64,000 nucleotides of DNA from Eledone cirrhosa (Eukaryota). The position numbers and the translations under genes are program-made. The notes below the pieces were generated by a model. That model made no database searches. It saw nothing but the letters and a program-made list of their open reading frames with translations, and had not been told where the DNA came from. Numbering within the stretch: the first letter of the stretch is position 1; every line of letters begins with the position of its first letter. This document shows positions 57,214 to 64,000 of the stretch, piece by piece. The stretch is from positions 10,602,001 through 10,666,000 of the forward strand of contig OZ024744.1 of NCBI GenBank assembly GCA_964016885.1, in the 5' to 3' direction.

Positions 57214-60200
57214 TTTTTTATTTTTGTACTCCAATATGTTGTGTTGTTATACTCCAATATGTTGTGTTGTTATACTCCAATATGTTGTGCTGTTGTACTC
57301 CAAATCTCGTGTTGTTATACTCCAATGTGTTGTGTTGTTATACTCCAATATGGTGTGTTGTTGTACTCCAATATGTTGTATTGTTTTTTTCCAATATGTC
57401 ATGTTATACTCCAATATGTTGTGTTCGTGTACTCCAATATGTTGTGTTATTGTACTCCAATATGTTGCGTTGTTGTACTCCAATATGTTGTGTTGTTATA
57501 CTCCAATATGTTGTGTTGTTGTACTCCAATATGTTGTCTTGTTGTACTCCAAAAGGCCATGTTATCGTACTCCAATATGTCTTGTTATACTCCAATATGT
57601 CGTGTGGCTGTACTCCAATATGTCATGTTGTTGTACTCCAATATGTCTTGTTATAGTCCAATATGTCGTGTTGTTGTACTCCAATATGTTATGTAGTAGT
57701 ATTCCAATATTTCGTGTTGTTGTACCCCAATATGTCGTGTTGTTTATACTCCAATATGTTTTGCTGTTGTACTCCAATATGTTGTGTTGCTGTACTCCAA
57801 TATGTTGTGTTGTTATTCTCCAATATGTTGTGCTGTTGTACTCCAATGTGTTATGTTGTTATACTCCAATATGTTGTGCTGTGCTACTCCAATATATTGT
57901 GTTGTTGTACTCCAATGTGTTGTGTTGTTATACTCCAATATGTTGTGTTGACTTACTCCAATATGTTGTGTTGTACTCCAATCTGTTGTGTTGTTATACT
58001 CCAATATGTTGTGTTGTTATACTCCAATATGTTGTGTTGTTTTACTCCAATATGTTGTGTTGTTGTACTCCAATATGTTGTGTTGTTGTACTCCAATATC
58101 TTGTGTTGTTGTAATCCAATATCTTGTGTTGTTATACTCCAATATGTTGTGTTGTTGTACTCCAATATGTTGTGTTGTTATACTCCAATATGTTGTGTTG
58201 TGATACTCCAATATGTTGTGCTGTTGTACTCCAATATGTTGTGTTGTTATACTCCAATATGTTGTGTTGTTTTACTCCAATATGTTGTGTTGTTGTACTC
58301 CAATATGTTGTGTTGTTGTACTCCAATATATCATGTTGTCGTACTCCAATATGTCATGTTATACTCCAATATGTCGTTGTTATACTCCAATATGTCATGT
58401 TGTTGTACTCCAATATGTCGTATTGTTGTACTCCAATATGTTTTGATGTTGTACTCCAATATGTTCTGTTGTTGTACTCCAATATATTGTGTTGTTGTAC
58501 TCCAATATGTCGTGTTGTTGTACTCCAATATGTCGTGTTTTTGTACTCCAATATGTTGTGTTGTTGTACTCCAATATGTTGTGTTGTTGTACTCCAATAT
58601 GTTGTGTTGTTATACTCCAATATGTTATGTTGTTGTACTCCAATATGTCATGTTGTTGTACTCCAATATGTTTTGATGTTGTACTCCAATATGTTGTGTT
58701 GTGTACTCCAATATGGTTTGATGTTGTACTCCAATATGTTGTGTTGTTGTACTCCAATATGCTGTGTAGTCGTACTCCAATATGTTGTGTTGTTGTACTC
58801 CAATATGCTGTGATGTTGTACTCCAATATGATGTGCTGTTGTACTCCAATGCATTGTGTTGTTGTACTCCAATATGCTGTGTTGTTATACTCCAATATGT
58901 TGTGTTGTTGTACTCCAATATGTTGTGTTGTTGTACTCCAATATGTTGTGTTGTTGTAATCCAATATCTTGTGCTGTTATACTCCAATATGTTGTGCTGT
59001 TGTACTCCAATATGTTGAGTTGTTATACTCCAATATGTAGTGTTGTTATACTCCAATATGTTGTGTTGTTGTACTCCAATCTGTTGCGTTATACTCCAAT
59101 ATGTTGTGTTGTTATACTCCAATATGTTGTGTTGTTTTACTCCAATATGTTGTATTGTTGATCTCCAATATGTCATATTATACTCCAATAAGTTGTGTTC
59201 TTGTACTCCAATATGTGTTGTTGTTGTACTCCAATATGTTGCGTTGTTGTACTCCAATATATCATGTTGTCGTACTCCAATATGTCATGTTATACTCCAA
59301 TATGTTTTGATGCTGTACTCCAATATGTTGTGTTGTTGTACTACAATATGTTGTGTTGTTGTACTCCAATATGTTGTGTTGTTATACTCCAATATGTTGT
59401 GCTGTTGTACTCCAATATGTTGTGTTGTTATACTCCAATATGTAGTGTTGTTATACTCCAATATGTTGTGTTGTTGTACTCCAATCTGTTGTGTTGTTAT
59501 ACTGCAATATATTGTGTTGTTATACTCCAATATGTTGTGTTGTTTTACTCCAATATGTTGTGTTGTTGTACTCCAATATGCTGTATTGTTGTTCTCCAAT
59601 ATGTCATGTTATACTCCAATAAGTTGTGTTCTTGTACTCCAATATGTTGTGTTGTTGTACTCCAATATGTTGTGTTGTTGTACTCCAATATATCATGTTG
59701 TCGTACTCCAATATGTCATGTTATACTCCAATATGTTTTGATGCTGTACTCCAATATGTTGTGTTGTTGTACTACAATATGTTGTGTTGTTGTACTCCAA
59801 TATGTTGTGTTGTTATACTCCAATATGTTGTGCTGTTGTACTCCAATATGTTGTGTTGTTATACTCCAATATGTAGTGTTGTTATACTCCAATATGTTGT
59901 GTTGTTGTACTCCAATCTGTTGTGTTGTTATACTCCAATATGTTGTGTAGTCGTACTCCAATATGTTGTATTGTTATACTCCAATATGTTGTGCTGTTGT
60001 ACTCCAATATGTTCTGTTGTTGTACTCCAATATATTGTGTTGTTGTACTCCAATATGTCGTGTTGTTGTACTCCAATATGTTGTGTTGTTGTACTCCAAT
60101 ATGTTGTGTTGTTGTACTCCAATATGTTGTGTTGTTATACTCCAATATGTTATGTTGTTGTACTCCAATATGTCATGTTGTTGTACTCCAATATGTTTTG

Positions 60201-63200
60201 ATGTTGTACTCCAATATGTTGTGTTGTTGTACTCCAATATGTTTTGATGTTGTACTCCAATATGTTGTGTTGTTGTACTCCAATATGCTGTGATGGTGTA
60301 CTCCAATATGATGTGCTGTTGTACTCCAATGTGTTGTGTTGTTGTACTCCAATATGCTGTGTTGTTATACTCCAATATGTTGTGTTGTTGTACTCCAATA
60401 TGTTGTGTTGTTGTACTCCAATATGTTGTGTTGTTGTAATCCAATATCTTGTGTTGTTATACTCCAATATGTTGTGTTGTTGTACTCCAATATGTTGAGT
60501 CGTTATACTCCAATATGTAGTGTTGTTATACTCCAATATGTTGTGTTGTTGTACTCCAATCTGTTGCGTTATACTCCAATATGTTGTGTTGTTATACTCC
60601 AATATGTTGTGTTGTTATACTCCAATATGTTGTGTTGTTTTACTCCAATATGTTGTATTGTTGATCTCCAATATGTCATATTATACTCCAATAAGTTGTG
60701 TTCTTGTACTCCAATATGTGTTGTTGTTGTACTCCAATATGTTGCGTTGTTGTACTCCAATATATCATGTTGTCGTACTCCAATATGTCATGTTATACTC
60801 CAATATGTTTTGATGCTGTACTCCAATATGTTGTGTTGTTGTACTACAATATGTTGTGTTGTTGTACTCCAATATGTTGTGTTGTTATACTCCAATATGT
60901 TGTGCTGTTGTACTCCAATATGTTGTGTTGTTATACTCCAATATGTAGTGTTGTTATACTCCAATATGTTGTGTTGTTGTACTCCTATCTGTTGTGTTGT
61001 TATACTCCAATATATTGTGTTGTTATACTCCAATATGTTGTGTTGTTTTACTCCAATATGTTGTGTTGTTGTACTCCAATATGTTGTATTGTTGTTCTCC
61101 AATATGTCATGTTATACTCCAATAAGTTGTGTTCTTGTACTCCAATATGTCGTGTTGTTGTACTCCAATATGTTGTGTTGTTGTACTCCAACATATCATG
61201 TTGTTGTACTCCAGTATGTCTTGTTATACTCCAATATGTCGTGTTGCTGTACTCCAATATGTCATGATGTTGTACTCCAATATGTTTTGCTGTTGTACTC
61301 CACTGTGTTGTGTTGTTGAACTCCAATATGTTGTGTTGTTGTTCTCCAATATTTTGTGCTGTTGTACTCCAATTTGTGTTGTTGTACTCCAATATGTTGT
61401 GTTGTTGTACTCCAATATGTTGTGTTGTTATACTCCAATATTTCGTGTTGTTGTACTCCAATACGCCGTGTTGTTGTACTCCAATATCTTTTGATGTTGT
61501 ACTCCAATATGTTGTGTTGTTGTACTCCAATATATTTTGATGTTGTACTCCAATATGTTGTGTTGTTGTACTCCAATATGCTGTGATGTTGTACTCCAAT
61601 ATGATGTGATGTTGTACTCCAATGCGTTGTGTTGTTGTACTCCAATGTGATGTGTTGTTGTACTCCAATATGTTGTGTCGTTGTACTCCAATATTTTTTT
61701 TATTTTTGTACTCCAATATGTTGTGTTGTTATACTCCAATATGTTGTGTTGTTATACTCCAATATGTTGTGCTGTTGTACTCCAAATCTCGTGTTGTTAT
61801 ACTCCAATGTGTTGTGTTGTTATACTCCAATATGTCTTGTTATACTCCAATATGTCGTGTGGCTGTACTCCAATATGTCATGTTGTTGTACTCCAATATG
61901 TCTTGTTATAGTCCAATATGTCGTGTTGTTGTACTCCAATATGTTATGTAGTAGTATTCCAATATTTCGTGTTGTTGTACCCCAATATGTCGTGTTGTTT
62001 ATACTCCAATATGTCTTGCTGTTGTACTCCAATATGTTGTGTTGCTGTACTCCAATATGTTGTGTTGTTATTCTCCAATATGTTGTGCTGTTGTACTCCA
62101 ATGTGTTATGTTGTTATACTCCAATATGTTGTGCTGTGCTACTCCAATATATTGTGTTGTTGTACTCCAATGTGTTGTGTTGTTATACTCTAATATGTTG
62201 TGTTGACTTACTCCAATATGTTGTGTTGTTGTACTCCAATCTGTTGTGTTGTTATACTCCAATATGTTGTGTTGTTATACTCCAATATGTTGTGTTGTTT
62301 TACTCCAATATGTTGTGTTGTTGTACTCCAATATGTTGTGTTGTTGTACTCCAATATGTTGTGTTGTTGTAATCCAATATCTTGTGTTGTTATACTCCAA
62401 TATGTTGTGTTGTTGTACTCCAATATGTTGTGTTGTTATACTCCAATATGTTGTGTTGTGATACTCCAATATGTTGTGCTGTTGTACTCCAATATGTTGT
62501 GTTGTTATACTCCAATATGTTGTGTTGTTTTACTCCAATATGTTGTTGTTGTACTCCAATATGTTGTATTGTTGTTCTCCAATATGTCATGTTATACTCC
62601 AATAAGTTGTGTTCTTGTACTCCAATATGTTGTGTTGTTGTACTCCAATATATCATGTTGTCGTACTCCAATATGTCATGTTATACTCCAATATGTCGTT
62701 GTTATACTCCAATATGTCATGTTGTTGTACTCCAATGTGTCGTATTGTTGTACTCCAATATGTTTTGATGTTGTACTCCAATATGTTGTGTTGTTGTACT
62801 CCAATATGTTGTGTAGCCGTACTCCAATATGTTGTATTGTTATACTCCAATATGTTGTGTTGTTGTACTCCAATATGTTGTGTAGTCGTACTCCAATATG
62901 TTGTATTGTTGTACTCCAATATGTCGTGTTGTTGTACTCCAATATGTTGTGTTGTTGTACTCCAATATGTTGTGCTGTTGTACTCCAATATGTTGTGTTG
63001 TTATACTCCAATATGTTATGTTGTTGTACTCCAATATGTCATGTTGTTGTACTCCAATATGTTTTGATGTTGTACTCCAATATGTTGTGTTGTTGTACTC
63101 CAATATGCTGTGTAGTCGTACTCCAATATGTTGTGTTGTTGTACTCCAATATGCTGTGATGTTGTACTCCAATATGATGTGCTGTTGTACTCCAATGCGT

Positions 63201-64000
63201 TGTGTTGTTGTACTCCAATATGCTGTGTTGTTATACTCCAATATGTTGTGTTGTTGTACTCCAATATGTTGTGTTGTTGTACTCTAATATGTTGTGTTGT
63301 TGTAATCCAATATCTTGTGTTGTTATACTCCAATATGTTGTGCTGTTGTACTCCAATATGTTGAGTTGTTATACTCCAATATGTAGTGTTGTTATACTCC
63401 AATATGTTGTGTTGTTGTACTCCAATCTGTGGCGTTATACTCCAATATGTTGTGTTGTTATACTCCAATATGTTGTGTTGTTATACTCCAATATGTTGTG
63501 TTGTTTTACTCCAATATGTTGTATTGTTGATCTCCAATATGTCATATTATACTCCAATAAGTTGTGTTCTTGTACTCCAATATGTGTTGTTGTTGTACTC
63601 CAATATGTTGCGTTGTTGTACTCCAATATATCATGTTGTCGTACTCCAATATGTCATGTTATACTCCAATATGTTTTGATGCTGTACTCCAATATGTTGT
63701 GTTGTTGTACTACAATATGTTGTGTTGTTGTACTCCAATATGTTGTGTTGTTATACTCCAATATGTTGTGCTGTTGTACTCCAATATGTTGTGTTGTTAT
63801 ACTCCAATATGTAGTGTTGTTATACTCCAATATGTTGTGTTGTTATACTCCAATCTGTTGTGTTGTTATACTCCAATATATTGTGTTGTTATACTCCAAT
63901 ATGTTGTGTTGTTTTACTCCAATATGTTGTGTTGTTGTACTCCAATATGTTGTATTGTTGTTCTCCAATATGTCATGTTATACTCCAATAAGTTGTGTTC
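57214..64000 (+). repeat. Second copy of the 10,200-bp-period duplication, truncated by the window end
   Basis: Matches 47014-53800 in all lines compared. Identity begins within the poly-T monomer (T8 at 47012 vs T6 at 57214); the monomer just upstream differs (GTGTCGTTG vs GTGCCGTTC). Confidence 0.93.

Larger units (their letters stand above)
1..64000 (+). repeat. 23-bp tandem satellite array, consensus TACTCCAATATGTTGTGTTGTTG, ~2,800 monomers, single orientation, extends beyond both window edges
   Basis: The motif ACTCCAAT recurs every ~20-25 bp from position 15 to the window end. Perfect consensus runs are visible (e.g. six exact monomers at 40564-40701). ORF translations repeat with a 23-aa period (YSNMLCCCTPICCVVVLQYVVLL), i.e. 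3 x 23 bp. Confidence 0.99.

Noticed and set aside
23-63679. Hundreds of ORFs up to 588 aa (Cys/Val/Leu-rich or Thr/Asn-rich) as protein-coding genes, e.g. metallothionein-, keratin-associated- or mucin-like
   Set aside because: All frames on both strands give the same periodic peptide. Monomer length is not a multiple of 3, frameshifts and stops are scattered freely, and there are no unique domains. These are translation artefacts of the satellite.
1-64000. CRISPR-like array (constant ACTCCAAT 'repeat' plus variable 'spacer')
   Set aside because: The variable parts are ~13 nt and are all mutated versions of the same TGTTGTGTTGTTG sequence, not unique spacers. The unit is too short, and there is no leader or cas gene.
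1-64000. Telomerase-made telomeric repeat (some Candida yeasts have 23-bp TG-rich units)
   Set aside because: It does not match the yeast units I know (e.g. C. albicans ACGGATGTCTAACTTCTTGGTGT) and lacks their GG-containing core. Heavy monomer heterogeneity copied in multi-kb HORs over >64 kb indicates recombinational amplification rather than templated synthesis. A recombination-maintained chromosome end cannot be excluded without positional context.
1-64000. CCAAT boxes and TATA-like TTATAC as promoters
   Set aside because: They are intrinsic parts of every monomer or a common variant, with no downstream gene and a poor match to flanking consensus.
1-64000. Simple (TTG)n or (TG)n microsatellite
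   Set aside because: TTG triplets are only a sub-element of the monomer (never more than ~4 in a row). The true period is 23 bp.
1-64000. rRNA, tRNA, structured ncRNA genes or mobile elements
   Set aside because: I found no stretch of non-satellite sequence anywhere in the window that could hold one.

Overview
The whole 64 kb window is one uninterrupted, head-to-tail tandem array (satellite DNA) of a 23-bp monomer, consensus TACTCCAATATGTTGTGTTGTTG (reverse complement CAACAACACAACATATTGGAGTA). There are roughly 2,800 monomers, about 35% GC, all in one orientation, and the array runs off both window edges. I saw no unique sequence, gene, RNA gene, transposon or CRISPR array. The hundreds of predicted ORFs arise because the consensus has no stop codon in any of the six frames; three monomers (69 bp) give a 23-aa repeating peptide. 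The real information is in the order of variant monomers. Rare diagnostic variants (poly-T monomers, CCAAAAGGCC, CCAAATCTCG, GTACCCCAA, AATAAGTTGTGTTCTTG) reveal a nested higher-order repeat (HOR) hierarchy: 46 bp, 227 bp, 431 bp, ~1.2 kb, ~2.4 kb, ~4.5 kb, 7.8-12.9 kb macro-units, and an apparently exact 10,200-bp duplication at the right end. This architecture is typical of eukaryotic centromeric, pericentromeric or subtelomeric heterochromatin. I cannot identify the organism or satellite family from sequence alone. Duplication offsets come from the supplied ORF coordinates plus spot comparison of sequence lines, so breakpoints are approximate.
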